From Verrucomicrobiota bacterium (GTDB taxonomy: Bacteria; Verrucomicrobiota; Verrucomicrobiia; Limisphaerales; CANJSG01), in the NCBI GenBank assembly GCA_038209745.1, contig JBBQXJ010000011.1:8390-72389 (forward strand): a DNA stretch of 64,000 nt, in the 5' to 3' direction. Below, in pieces: positions 10,343 through 19,947 of the stretch. Position 1 is the stretch's first letter; every line of letters starts with the position of its first letter. The notes below the pieces were generated by a model. That model was not told the origin of the DNA. It searched no databases and worked only from the letters and a program-made list of their open reading frames with translations. Made by a program: the position numbers and the translations under genes.

Positions 10343-11716
10343 ATGACGCTGACTGAAAAAGTCCTGGCCCGCGCCGCCGGGAAAGCATCGGTTCAAGCCG
10401 GTGACAATATCTGGGTGAGCGCGGACGTATTGATGACCCACGACGTCTGTGGCCCGGGGACCATCGGCGTCTTCAAACGGGAGTTCGGCCAAGACGCCAA
10501 GGTCTGGAACAAAGATAGGGTGGTCATCATTCCCGACCACTACATCTTCACTGCCGACTCCAAGTCGAATCGGAACGTGGACATTCTCCGCGATTTTTCC
10601 AGAGAGCAGGGTTTGCCCTACTTTTACGACGTGATCGACGATCCGGAGGGGCAGTGGAAATTCGATCCATCCAAGGGGCTTTTGAAGCGCCAGTATGGGT
10701 CGAACTACGCGGGAGTCTGCCACGCGGCGCTGCCCGCGAAAGGCCACACCCGGCCCGGGGAAATCTTGTTCGGAACCGATTCCCACACCTGCATGGCGGG
10801 CGCGTTCAATCAGTTCGCCACCGGCATCGGAAACACAGACGCCGGCTTTGTCATGGGGACCGGAAAACTGCTCATCAAGGTGCCGGAGACGATGCGTTTC
10901 CGATTGGAAGGCAAGCTCCAACCGGGAGTGATGGCCAAAGACATCATCCTTCATGTGATTGGTGAAATCGGTTTTGATGGAGCGACTTATCGGGCGATGC
11001 AGTTCGACGGTTCAGGGATCGCCAGCTTGTCGATGGACGACCGGATGACCATCGCCAACATGGCCATCGAAGCGGGCGGCAAGAATGGTATTTTCCCCTT
11101 TGACTCCCGCACGGCTGAATATGTCGAAGCGCGGACGCAACTGAACGGCACCAAATCTCGCTACGAGCCGGTTGAGGCCGACTCGGACCAACGCTTCGTC
11201 TTCGAACTGGTTGTCGACCTTGATCGCCTCGAGCCAACCGTGGCTTGCCATCCCGACCCCGGCCAGAGGAAGCGGGCGAAAGACATGTCGGACGTCAAGT
11301 TGGACCGAGCTTATGTCGGTTCCTGCACCGGCGGGAAAACGAGTGATTTCGTGGAATTTGCCCGCATATTGAACGGCCACAAAGTCAGCATCGACACCTT
11401 CGGGGTGCCTGCGACCCCGGATATTGTCCGAGAGCTCCAGTCCACCCGCTGGGGAACCCGGACCATCTGGCAAATCCTTGAAGAGGCCGGCGTCAGAATG
11501 ACCGAGAACGCGGGTTGTGCCGCCTGTCTCGGTGGCCCCGTGGATACGTTTGGTCGCATGAACCAGCCCGGTCTCAAGTGCATCAGTGCCACCAACCGCA
11601 ACTTTCCGGGACGGATGGGACACAAAGAGTCGCAAGTTTTCTTGGCTTCCCCAGCGACCGTCGCAGCGAGCGCAATCACCGGTAGAATCACCGACCCCCG
11701 AGAATACGTGTCATGA
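10343..11716 (+). CDS. leuC: 3-isopropylmalate dehydratase / homoaconitase large subunit
   Basis: GTDSHTC, YVGSCTGG, GCAACLGG, TNRNFPGRMG, LASP. Confidence 0.9.
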   Translation: MTLTEKVLARAAGKASVQAGDNIWVSADVLMTHDVCGPGTIGVFKREFGQDAKVWNKDRVVIIPDHYIFTADSKSNRNVDILRDFSREQGLPYFYDVIDDPEGQWKFDPSKGLLKRQYGSNYAGVCHAALPAKGHTRPGEILFGTDSHTCMAGAFNQFATGIGNTDAGFVMGTGKLLIKVPETMRFRLEGKLQPGVMAKDIILHVIGEIGFDGATYRAMQFDGSGIASLSMDDRMTIANMAIEAGGKNGIFPFDSRTAEYVEARTQLNGTKSRYEPVEADSDQRFVFELVVDLDRLEPTVACHPDPGQRKRAKDMSDVKLDRAYVGSCTGGKTSDFVEFARILNGHKVSIDTFGVPATPDIVRELQSTRWGTRTIWQILEEAGVRMTENAGCAACLGGPVDTFGRMNQPGLKCISATNRNFPGRMGHKESQVFLASPATVAASAITGRITDPREYVS

Positions 11717-11787
11717 ATCAGCGATTTGACTTCAGCAGTCTCAAGCACCTGCCGATACTATGCCGGCCGGCAACAGCAGCTTTTGGT

Positions 11788-11815
11788 TTGACACAATCCA
11801 TCGAATTCCTATTTT
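11788..11815 (+). promoter_or_regulatory. putative sigma-70 promoter of the FecR-domain gene
   Basis: TTGACA-N16-TATTTT. Confidence 0.45.
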
Positions 11816-11853
11816 GCCGGCGGTAACACGGAACATTTCTGGAGCAAATTTCT

Positions 11854-12675
11854 ATGAACAAAACAGCAACTCTCTCGGTTTACGCCGCTGCGGTGGGTCT
11901 CTTTGCAGTCTGCGGGGGCCTCTCTGATGCCATGGCTCAGGTCAAGTCGGGCAAGGCGAAGGTGACTGCGGCAGGCGAGGGTTCGCGCTATTCGACCTCC
12001 GCTGATGTTTGGCTTCCACTCAAAACGGGCAGCTCGCTGCCAGAGGGTGCCATCATCGCGACGGCCGCCGCTCCGTCGGATCTCAGAATCGACAATTCGG
12101 TCGTCCGCGTTCAACCCAACTCCACCCTCAAGCTGGACAAGCTGGCTGGCGGCAGTGCTGCGGGCGTCCGAGTGATCGACACCCAGCTAAACCTAGCGGA
12201 CGGAGCCATTGGAGCCAACATCCGCAAGCTGGCCGCTGGTGCCCGCTACGAGGTCAAGACCCCGGGCGGCGTGGCAGGTATCCGTGGAACCAAGATCGCC
12301 GTCAAAACGATGGTCTTGAACGGCAAACGCATCACGATCTATTCCGCCGTCGAAGGCACCTGTGATGTCGCCGAAACCACTCCCGCTGGCGTTGTAACCG
12401 TGGTCCTTAACATGGGTGAATCGTTCATCACGGGTGACGTAACCGCAGGCGAATCTGTCAATATTCCCGGATTTGGGCAGGTCACCATCACCGGCAAGCC
12501 CATGGCCACTCCTTCGGCATACGCGGCGACATTCGTGATCCCGCAATTCCCCTCGGGCCAAACCGGCACTACCACCACTGTAACGGTGCCAAATCCTGAA
12601 GACCACACTTCATCGACTGTAGGTCGGCCGGGAACTCCTTCTCCCGGAAATGGCGGCTCTGAAGGCGGACAGTAA
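11854..12675 (+). CDS. secreted FecR-domain protein
   Basis: Signal peptide (..AMA-Q), YEVKTPGGVAGIRGT FecR motif, Pro/Thr/Gly tail. Confidence 0.85.
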   Translation: MNKTATLSVYAAAVGLFAVCGGLSDAMAQVKSGKAKVTAAGEGSRYSTSADVWLPLKTGSSLPEGAIIATAAAPSDLRIDNSVVRVQPNSTLKLDKLAGGSAAGVRVIDTQLNLADGAIGANIRKLAAGARYEVKTPGGVAGIRGTKIAVKTMVLNGKRITIYSAVEGTCDVAETTPAGVVTVVLNMGESFITGDVTAGESVNIPGFGQVTITGKPMATPSAYAATFVIPQFPSGQTGTTTTVTVPNPEDHTSSTVGRPGTPSPGNGGSEGGQ

Positions 12676-12691
12676 CGGCTGATAGTTTTCG

Positions 12692-12726
12692 AAACCCGGA
12701 GCAACTACCGTTGTTCCGGGTTTTTC
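12692..12726 (+). terminator. intrinsic terminator between the FecR gene and the cyclase
   Basis: AAACCCGGAGCAAC-TACC-GTTGTTCCGGGTTTTT. Confidence 0.8.
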
Positions 12727-12731
12727 CATTT

Positions 12732-15023
12732 ATGCGACGCGTCCAAGCAACTCTCCCGGTTGCCATCACTGCCGCCGTAATCGCGCTGGTGGCATTGCTT
12801 GAGTGGCTTCCTAGTTGGTCAAAATCGGCGGCTTGGCTGCAACGTCCGGAGTGGGTCACCTACGATCTCCGGATGAAGATGGCCGCTAGACGGACCACGC
12901 CTGAAGAATTCGGTTCGTCGCCTTTCGGCTTCGTTTTGATCAGCGATTTGAGCATTCGCACAATCAACGACGGGGATTTGGGTTATAGATCCGGCCTGTT
13001 TTGGCCAAAGCACCTCTACGGATACCTTGCTGAAGAACTGGCGACGGAAGGTGCCACTGCGGCCGGGTTCGATGTCCTTTTCGGTGAAGAGCGCACGGAT
13101 CAGCCAGCCCGTTGGCCCGACGGTGCGGTTATGACATCCGATGGCTCGGTGGTGACTTCTGATAAACTGTTTGCGGATTTGTTGAGCCGGACGGCGATCG
13201 GGATTCTGGCGTCCACTGATGGCCTGATGCCGGCGAACATTTTCCGAGAGTCGGGAGCGCAGATCGGTGACATCAGCGCCCAAGCAGACGACGACGGGAT
13301 TTTGCGAAGGGCGCACCCTTTTCACGACTATCCTCGGTTGTGGCGTTCCGAAGTTCAAAAATGGGCCGCCTACCAAAATGCCGATTTAGCGAAAGCCGTC
13401 ATTGAACGAAACAGAATCGTGGTTCCTGGCGTCAGAGGAAACACCAATAAATATCACCTGCCTCTAGATCAAAATGGCCATTTCTCCGTCACGAACAACG
13501 GAGGGAAAGTCTTCTCTTACGAGGAAAAGCCGTTTGAGTCTGTTCGCGTTTGGCATATGGGGCTGATCTTGGCCGCAAAACGGCTCGGGCTCGATCTCTC
13601 ACGTGCGAAGCAAAAGGCAGGAGCCCTTTTCATTCCCGGCACAAACGGGTTGAGCAGAACCATTCCTTTGGCGCAGGACGGCACCTTTTTGATCAACTGG
13701 CGCGCTTCCCTGCGAACCACGAATTCTATCCTGAAAGAATCGTTCGAAGGCGTCTTGGCCAAAGGGATTCAGCGTCAGATGGACCCGCCAGCCGAGCCCG
13801 CAGCGAATTCGTGGTCGAATCGACTGGCGATCATCGGTTCGGTGGCATCCGGAAACGGCGTCACTGATCGTGGTCCGACACCTCTTTCGCCCCAGGACTT
13901 TCTGGTCGGGAAGCACTGGAACATAGCCGACATGGTCTTCCGCGAGCGATACATACGCCAGACGGGCACGCTCGCGACGATCGCGTTGATTGCCGCAATG
14001 GCTTTGCTCGCCGCAGGCATCAGTTGGAAGTTCGGGGCTCTCGAGTCGGCACTGTCAGTGTTGGCCCTATGTTCGATCTATGTGGTCGTGGCGGTCTGGC
14101 TTTTCATTCAGGCTGGATGGTGGATTCCGATCGTCCTTCCGGTGGGTGGTGGAATGATCGGGAACTACGTCGCTCTGGTGACCTATCGGTTTCGGACGGA
14201 GCAAGGCGAAAAACGCCGAGTGAAGTCGGTCTTTTCCAAGATCGTTTCTCCGAACATCGTCAACGAGCTGCTCAATACGGAGAATCTGAAGCTCGGCGGT
14301 TCTCGCCGGAAGATCACGGTCTACTTTTCGGATGTTCGTGGATTTACCGCGTTTATGGACGCTCGCGAAAAGGAGACCGACGCCTGTATCCGTGACAACT
14401 CGCTTTCTGCGGAAGCTGCGGACCTTTATCGGGATGAACAGGCGGCAAAGAACCTGCGAACGATCAATTCCTACCTCGCAACCATTGCAGACACGGTTAA
14501 GCGACACGACGGCACGCTCGATAAATACATGGGTGATTGTGTGATGGCGTTTTGGGGAGCACCAACGCCCCAGGAAGACCACGCGTTGCGGTCGGTGAAT
14601 GCGGCGATCGAATCCCAGCGCGCCATCGAGGCTCTGAACGAACTCTCGCGAGTGGAGAACGCGCGCCGCGTCACAGACAATGCGCGCCGCGCCGCCGATG
14701 GACTGCCTCCTTTGCCGGAACTCCCAGAAATCTCGCTGGGCACGGGCATCAACACGGGCTTTGTGACCGTCGGTTTGATGGGCTCCGACGCGCACATACT
14801 CAATTACACGGTCTTCGGCAGCGAGGTGAACCTTGCAAGCCGCTTGGAAGGCTTCTCCGGACGCGGGCGGATCATCATCGGCGAGGCCACGTTCGAGGAG
14901 CTCGTGAGGACCGATCCTGAGCTCGCCGCCAAGTGCGTCTCAGTCGAAGTGCAGGGCCTCAAGGGCTTCACAAGCGGAATCCGAGCCTACGAGGTGCCTT
15001 GGCGTATCCCGCTCTCTGCGTGA
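12732..15023 (+). CDS. CHASE2-domain class III adenylate cyclase
   Basis: TM + CHASE2 (WPKHLY, GFDVLF, DDDGILRR) + 3 TM + FSDVRGFT, DKYMGD, YTVFGSEVNLASRLE. Confidence 0.93.
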   Translation: MRRVQATLPVAITAAVIALVALLEWLPSWSKSAAWLQRPEWVTYDLRMKMAARRTTPEEFGSSPFGFVLISDLSIRTINDGDLGYRSGLFWPKHLYGYLAEELATEGATAAGFDVLFGEERTDQPARWPDGAVMTSDGSVVTSDKLFADLLSRTAIGILASTDGLMPANIFRESGAQIGDISAQADDDGILRRAHPFHDYPRLWRSEVQKWAAYQNADLAKAVIERNRIVVPGVRGNTNKYHLPLDQNGHFSVTNNGGKVFSYEEKPFESVRVWHMGLILAAKRLGLDLSRAKQKAGALFIPGTNGLSRTIPLAQDGTFLINWRASLRTTNSILKESFEGVLAKGIQRQMDPPAEPAANSWSNRLAIIGSVASGNGVTDRGPTPLSPQDFLVGKHWNIADMVFRERYIRQTGTLATIALIAAMALLAAGISWKFGALESALSVLALCSIYVVVAVWLFIQAGWWIPIVLPVGGGMIGNYVALVTYRFRTEQGEKRRVKSVFSKIVSPNIVNELLNTENLKLGGSRRKITVYFSDVRGFTAFMDAREKETDACIRDNSLSAEAADLYRDEQAAKNLRTINSYLATIADTVKRHDGTLDKYMGDCVMAFWGAPTPQEDHALRSVNAAIESQRAIEALNELSRVENARRVTDNARRAADGLPPLPELPEISLGTGINTGFVTVGLMGSDAHILNYTVFGSEVNLASRLEGFSGRGRIIIGEATFEELVRTDPELAAKCVSVEVQGLKGFTSGIRAYEVPWRIPLSA

Positions 15024-15086
15024 GCCGTCGCGGATTACCCCGGAACTTTCCGTGCAAACCGAATCTCCACTTTTAGCGTTTTTCCG

Positions 15087-15572
15087 ATGCGTACGGTCTT
15101 CTATCGCGGCGATTTCGATCCGATGGCCAAAGCCCATCCCAAGGTGGTGCAGCGGGCCGCCCGATTGTTTGATCGGGTGATCGGCGCGGTGGCCAACAAT
15201 GAAAGCAAGGCGCCCATTTTTTCCATCCAAGAACGAGGGTCGCTGGTGCAGGAATGCATCTTGGATCCGCAGGACGCGGCTACCAACGGTTTCGCAGACT
15301 TGCTCGACACCTATGCGGAAAACCTCGGTGCACAGGCCGTGATCCGTGGCCTGCGCGCCGTCTTGGACTATGAGTTTGGATTCCAGTTGGCGCTGCTGAA
15401 CCGAAAATTGAACGGACACATGGCAAAGCTCTTCATGATGCCGAAGGCGACCTACACCTTCGTCAACTCGCGGCTTGTGAAAGAGAGCGCTCGACTCGGT
15501 GGGGATGTAGCGCAGTTTGTTCCATCGACGGTTGTCGCCGCGGTACACAAAAAAATCGGGACGCTCCAATGA
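15087..15572 (+). CDS. coaD: phosphopantetheine adenylyltransferase, motif-degenerate
   Basis: IRGLRAV, FQLALLNRKL, RLGGDV and position before yceD-rpmF-plsX; catalytic N-terminus eroded. Confidence 0.85.
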   Translation: MRTVFYRGDFDPMAKAHPKVVQRAARLFDRVIGAVANNESKAPIFSIQERGSLVQECILDPQDAATNGFADLLDTYAENLGAQAVIRGLRAVLDYEFGFQLALLNRKLNGHMAKLFMMPKATYTFVNSRLVKESARLGGDVAQFVPSTVVAAVHKKIGTLQ

Positions 15573-16063
15573 AACTTCTAAACGTAGGACTTCGACAACT
15601 GGAGACCGGCACCGCCCTCGTAACTGGAGAGGTCTCCGCTGCGGATCTTGATCTCGAAGTAGAGGACGAACTGGTCCATCTCAAACATCCCATCCAAGTC
15701 GACCTGGAGGTTCAACGCCTCGAAGAGTCCCTCCTCGCGCGGGGAAGCGTTCTGGTGGTTCTTTCCTGCGAATGCGCCCGCTGCCTGAAGCCCTTCGAGA
15801 TCCCCTTGGAGCTGGATCCCTACGACCTGTTTGTGCCCATGGATGGAGAGGACGCGGTCACTCCGGACAATGATTCTGTGGACTTGACTCCATTTTTGAG
15901 GGAAGACATCTTGCTCAGGTTTCCGCAGCATCCGCTGTGTGAACCGAATTGCGGTGGATTGGCCCGCATGCGGCCAGATTCAGCCAATAAATCCGAAACG
16001 ACCAGCAAGGCAACGGACAAACCGTCGCTAGCCTGGTCCGAGTTGAACAAGTTAAAATTCTGA
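15569..16063 (+). CDS. yceD: YceD/DUF177 family protein
   Basis: CARCL, LREDILL.FP.HPLCEPNCGGL, W..L..L; precedes rpmF. Confidence 0.9.
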   Translation: MKLLNVGLRQLETGTALVTGEVSAADLDLEVEDELVHLKHPIQVDLEVQRLEESLLARGSVLVVLSCECARCLKPFEIPLELDPYDLFVPMDGEDAVTPDNDSVDLTPFLREDILLRFPQHPLCEPNCGGLARMRPDSANKSETTSKATDKPSLAWSELNKLKF

Positions 16064-16067
16064 ATTT

Positions 16068-16256
16068 ATGGGCGTCCCTAAGCGCAAACCTTCGAAGAGC
16101 CGGCAGCGTATGCGCCGAGCCTACAACAGCGTTCTCACGCTTCCACGCCTGAGCCCCTGCCCCCAGTGCAGCGCTCCTTTCCAGTCCCACCGGGTCTGCC
16201 CCTCCTGCGGCTGCTATAACGGTCGGCAGGTGATCAACATCGAAGCCGTCGCCTAA
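16068..16256 (+). CDS. rpmF: 50S ribosomal protein L32 (Zn-ribbon type)
   Basis: MGVPKRKPSKSR, CPQC..HRVCPSCG.Y. Confidence 0.96.
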   Translation: MGVPKRKPSKSRQRMRRAYNSVLTLPRLSPCPQCSAPFQSHRVCPSCGCYNGRQVINIEAVA

Positions 16257-16309
16257 CGAATCTGCAAAGAGCGCGATCTGGCCCGAGGCTGTCCGCGCTC
16301 TTTCCATTT

Positions 16310-17350
16310 ATGCGCATCGCGGTCGATGTCATGGGCGGCGACCACGGCATCGGAGTGGTCATTGACGGAGCGCAGCTTGCGTTGGCCGCTGTTCCCGGCA
16401 TCGAGCAGCTTGTCCTCGTCGGCGGTTCCGACGAAATCCATGAAGCCCTCAAAAAGAGGGGCTTCAACGACCGTCGCATACTCGTGGAGAACGCCACGGA
16501 GGTCCTGACGATGCAGGACAAGCCCATGGACGTGTTGCGCAGGAAGAAGAACTGCTCGATGGCCCGCGCCATCGGTTTGGTGCGAGACAAAAAGGCGGAC
16601 GCCATCGTTTCTCTGGGCAATACCGGCGGGCTTTTCACTGGTTCGACCGTCCTTCTCCGTCCGATCGAAGGGGTTAAACGAGGTGCCATCGCGACGGTCA
16701 TTCCGACCCAGCACAACGAGTTCGTCTTGCTTGATGCCGGAGCGAACATCGAGTGCCGTCCCTTGCATCTCGCGCAGTTCGCCGTCATGGGCAGCATCTA
16801 CTCCCGCGAAATCCTCGGTTACAAACGCCCGCGTGTCGGGGTGTTGAGCAACGGGACCGAGCCGGGCAAAGGCACGGAACTGACCCAGGAGGCCCTGCTT
16901 CTAATCGCCAAGTTGGATTTGGAATTCATCGGCTACGTGGAGGGACACGATCTGTTCGAGAACAGGGTCGAGGTCGTTGTCACGGATGGTTTCGTCGGCA
17001 ACATCGTGCTCAAGACCATCGAGAGCCTCGCCAAGGGGATGGTCCATTGGTTGAAGGACGAATTCTCGAAGAATCCGAAGCGCATGCTTGGGGCGCTCCT
17101 GGCGAAGAACGCGCTACGTTCCATCAAGCGCCGCATGGATCCGGACGCCTACGGCGGAGCCCCGTTGCTGGGCTTGAACGGCAACGTCCTCAAGGCGCAT
17201 GGTTCCGCGAAAGAACGCTCCATCATGAACGCCATCCGTGTGGCGACGGAGTCGGTCCAACACGGCATAAACGACATTATCCGAGCCGAGATCGCACGTG
17301 CCGATTCCGCCCTACCGGCCGAGGCGACGGCCGAGCGACCCACGCCATGA
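16310..17350 (+). CDS. plsX: phosphate acyltransferase PlsX
   Basis: IAVDVMGGD, LDAGAN, VVTDGFVGN, YGGAPLLG, KAHG. Confidence 0.96.
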   Translation: MRIAVDVMGGDHGIGVVIDGAQLALAAVPGIEQLVLVGGSDEIHEALKKRGFNDRRILVENATEVLTMQDKPMDVLRRKKNCSMARAIGLVRDKKADAIVSLGNTGGLFTGSTVLLRPIEGVKRGAIATVIPTQHNEFVLLDAGANIECRPLHLAQFAVMGSIYSREILGYKRPRVGVLSNGTEPGKGTELTQEALLLIAKLDLEFIGYVEGHDLFENRVEVVVTDGFVGNIVLKTIESLAKGMVHWLKDEFSKNPKRMLGALLAKNALRSIKRRMDPDAYGGAPLLGLNGNVLKAHGSAKERSIMNAIRVATESVQHGINDIIRAEIARADSALPAEATAERPTP

Positions 17351-18354
17351 ATTCAACATCCCTTCCCTCCGTCGGCCGCTCGTGTTCCATCACCGGCTCC
17401 GGCAGCTATGTGCCCGAGAAGATCCTGACCAATGCGGAGCTGGAGCGGATGGTTGAGACCTCCGACGACTGGATCACCAGCCGGACAGGAATCAAGGAAC
17501 GCAGGATCGCAGCGGCAGACGAATTCACCTCGGACATGGCGGCCAAGGCCGCATTGCGCGCGATGGCCTCGGCCGGAGCCACCGCCGAACAGATCGACAT
17601 GATCATCGTGGCGACCATCACCCCGGACATGCTCTTCCCTTCGACGGCCTGCTTGGTGCAGCAGAAGATCGGGGCTCGCAAGGCGATCGCGTTCGACATC
17701 GAGGCGGCCTGTTCGGGCTTCGCCTACGCACTGGAGATTGGCCGTCAATTCGTCCAATCGAGCGCGATGGACACGGTCTTGGTGGTCGGCGCTGAGAAGC
17801 TTTCCAGCATCATCGACTGGACCGACCGGGGAACGTGTGTGCTCTTCGGGGACGGAGCCGGAGCCGCGATCCTCCAACATCGGCCGGGAAGCCGGGGCAT
17901 CCTCAGCAGCTGTCTCTGCGCGGATGGATCCAAGGGCGAACTCCTCTGCATGCCGGCGGGCGGCAGCCGGATGCCGGCGACTCCCGAATCCGTTTCCGCC
18001 CGCCTTCACTTCCTGCGGATGGACGGCAAGGAGACCTTCAAGAACGCGGTCCACTCGATGGTGTCATCCGGGCTCGAGGCGCTCCGACGCGCCGGGCTCA
18101 CGATCAAGGACGTCAAACTCGTCATTCCGCACCAGGCGAATCGCCGGATCATCGACGCGGTCGGTGATCGTCTCGATGTCGCCCCCGAACAGGTCTTCGT
18201 GAATGTGAATCGTTACGGAAACACCTCGGCCGCGTCGGTCGCCATCGCGCTGGACGAAGCCGCTTCCCAAGGGTGCCTGGCGCGGGGCGATCTGGTCTTG
18301 CTGCTCGTGTTCGGCGCCGGACTGACCTGGGGTGCTACGGTCGTCGAATGGTGA
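17347..18354 (+). CDS. fabH: beta-ketoacyl-ACP synthase III
   Basis: AACSGF, LFGDGAGA, PHQAN, YGNTSAAS, FGAGLTWG. Confidence 0.96.
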   Translation: MNSTSLPSVGRSCSITGSGSYVPEKILTNAELERMVETSDDWITSRTGIKERRIAAADEFTSDMAAKAALRAMASAGATAEQIDMIIVATITPDMLFPSTACLVQQKIGARKAIAFDIEAACSGFAYALEIGRQFVQSSAMDTVLVVGAEKLSSIIDWTDRGTCVLFGDGAGAAILQHRPGSRGILSSCLCADGSKGELLCMPAGGSRMPATPESVSARLHFLRMDGKETFKNAVHSMVSSGLEALRRAGLTIKDVKLVIPHQANRRIIDAVGDRLDVAPEQVFVNVNRYGNTSAASVAIALDEAASQGCLARGDLVLLLVFGAGLTWGATVVEW

Positions 18355-18372
18355 CCGGGCGGCGACGGCCGT

Positions 18373-18400
18373 TTGACGGTCGAAGACCGGATGATACGCT
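18373..18400 (+). promoter_or_regulatory. putative sigma-70 promoter
   Basis: TTGACG-N16-TACGCT with an extended TG. Confidence 0.5.
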
Positions 18401-18412
18401 TAAGAGTCATTC

Positions 18413-18727
18413 ATGAGCGCCCGCCGTCATCCACTTCAGCTCGCTGGTTTCTCCTGCGGCGGCAAGGATCTGCTCCTCCGGGTGGCGCCGTGCGACGTCC
18501 AGTTTGGCGACTTTGGACTGGAGTTCCGTTCACCCTTCTCCCTCCCGCTTTGGATCGAGCTTGAAGTGGAACTGAGCACTGGAGCAGGGAGTCGGCCCAG
18601 TGTCCGTCAGGGCGTCGTGGTCCTCTGTGAGCCGGTCGGTCGCGGTTGCAACCGGGTGGCGTTGCTGTTTGTCGACGGGAAGTGCGACCGACGGGTCGAG
18701 CCCTCCGCCAATTCGCGTGACAACTGA
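18413..18727 (+). CDS. hypothetical protein, possibly a PilZ-like beta-barrel
   Basis: Upstream of pilT; GLEFRS..GVVVLC..VALLFVD pattern. Confidence 0.55.
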   Translation: MSARRHPLQLAGFSCGGKDLLLRVAPCDVQFGDFGLEFRSPFSLPLWIELEVELSTGAGSRPSVRQGVVVLCEPVGRGCNRVALLFVDGKCDRRVEPSANSRDN

Positions 18728-18765
18728 CTGGCTTCGGTCAGGACGCGTTTGTAGGTTCCGGTCCC

Positions 18766-19854
18766 ATGGAAACGTTCCACCGCATCCTTGCCGCCGCAGT
18801 TGAAGGCGGCGCCTCGGATATCCACATCAAGGTCGGCACTCCCGTCGCCTTTCGTATCAACCGCCAGCTGATCGACATCGAGGGACCCATTCCCACGGTC
18901 GAATGGATCGGCAGCGTCCTCGAAAAAGTGATCCCGAAGCACGTCCATGCGCGCTTCGAGACCAACCGCGAAACGGACTTCTCCTATTTCCTTCCGGGGG
19001 TCGGGCGTTTCCGGACGAACGTGTTCCAGCAGCGTGGATCCATGGCGATGGCCATGCGCTACGTTCGTTCACAGGTGCCGGATGCCGTACAGCTCGGGCT
19101 GATGCCCATCACAAACAATCTGGCGGATGCTCCGCGCGGCATCGTCCTGGTGGCGGGCACGACGGGCTCCGGCAAGTCCACCACGCTGGCGTCGATGATC
19201 GAGCACATCAACGGCAACAGCCGCCGCCACATCGTCACGCTCGAAGACCCGATCGAATATGTCTTCGAGGACAACCAGTCGATCATCGAACAGCGGGAAG
19301 TCGGTCTGGACACGCCGTCGTTCGCCAGCGCGCTCAAGAACGCCCTTCGCCAGGACCCGGACGTCATCATGATCGGCGAGATGCGTGATTCGATCAGCTT
19401 CGCCGCCGCCATGAACGCGGCGGACACGGGCCATTTGGTTCTTTCGACGGTGCATACCACAAACGCCTCCCAGTCCGTCACCCGCGTGTTGGACTACTTC
19501 AAGGCCGAAGAGCGCGACCAGGTGCGCCGCCAACTTGCCGGCACTTTGAAGGCCGTCATCTGCCAGCGCATGGTACCGAAGATCAGCGGGGGCGTCGTGC
19601 CGGCCCAGGAAATCATGATCAACACCGGCACGGTCCGGAAGCTGATCGAGGACAACCGGCTGGAGAAGCTGGCGGCCGCCATCGAGACCGGGGGCGAGGA
19701 CGGCATGCAGGACTTCAACCAGGCTCTTTTCAAGCTGGTGCAGGATGGTGTCGTGTCGAAGGAAGAGGCGCTGGAGCGGGCGACCAATCCTGCCGCGTTG
19801 GAGATGAATTTCCAGGGCATCTTCCTCAGCCAGGGCAAACGAATCCTGGGCTGA
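18766..19854 (+). CDS. pilT: PilT/PilU type IV pilus retraction ATPase
   Basis: ASDIHI, GTTGSGKSTT, TLEDPIE, LRQDPDVIMIGEMRD, TGHLV. Confidence 0.93.
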   Translation: METFHRILAAAVEGGASDIHIKVGTPVAFRINRQLIDIEGPIPTVEWIGSVLEKVIPKHVHARFETNRETDFSYFLPGVGRFRTNVFQQRGSMAMAMRYVRSQVPDAVQLGLMPITNNLADAPRGIVLVAGTTGSGKSTTLASMIEHINGNSRRHIVTLEDPIEYVFEDNQSIIEQREVGLDTPSFASALKNALRQDPDVIMIGEMRDSISFAAAMNAADTGHLVLSTVHTTNASQSVTRVLDYFKAEERDQVRRQLAGTLKAVICQRMVPKISGGVVPAQEIMINTGTVRKLIEDNRLEKLAAAIETGGEDGMQDFNQALFKLVQDGVVSKEEALERATNPAALEMNFQGIFLSQGKRILG

Positions 19855-19887
19855 ACCGCCGCCTTCGCCGTCGCTCAAACGCAACAA

Positions 19888-19923
19888 GACCGGAAGCGCC
19901 AGTGCTTCCGGTCCTGTTTGTTT
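19888..19923. terminator. intrinsic terminator between convergent genes
   Basis: GACCGGAAGCGC-CA-GTGCTTCCGGTC followed by CTGTTTGTTT. Confidence 0.75.
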
Positions 19924-19947
19924 GTAAGGGCTGCGCGGTGGGTTGGA

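Noticed and set aside
11724..11751. dif-like site ATTTGACTTCA-GCAGTC-TCAAGCACCTG
   Set aside because: Only partial XerD-arm similarity; the inner ATAA/TTAT core is missing
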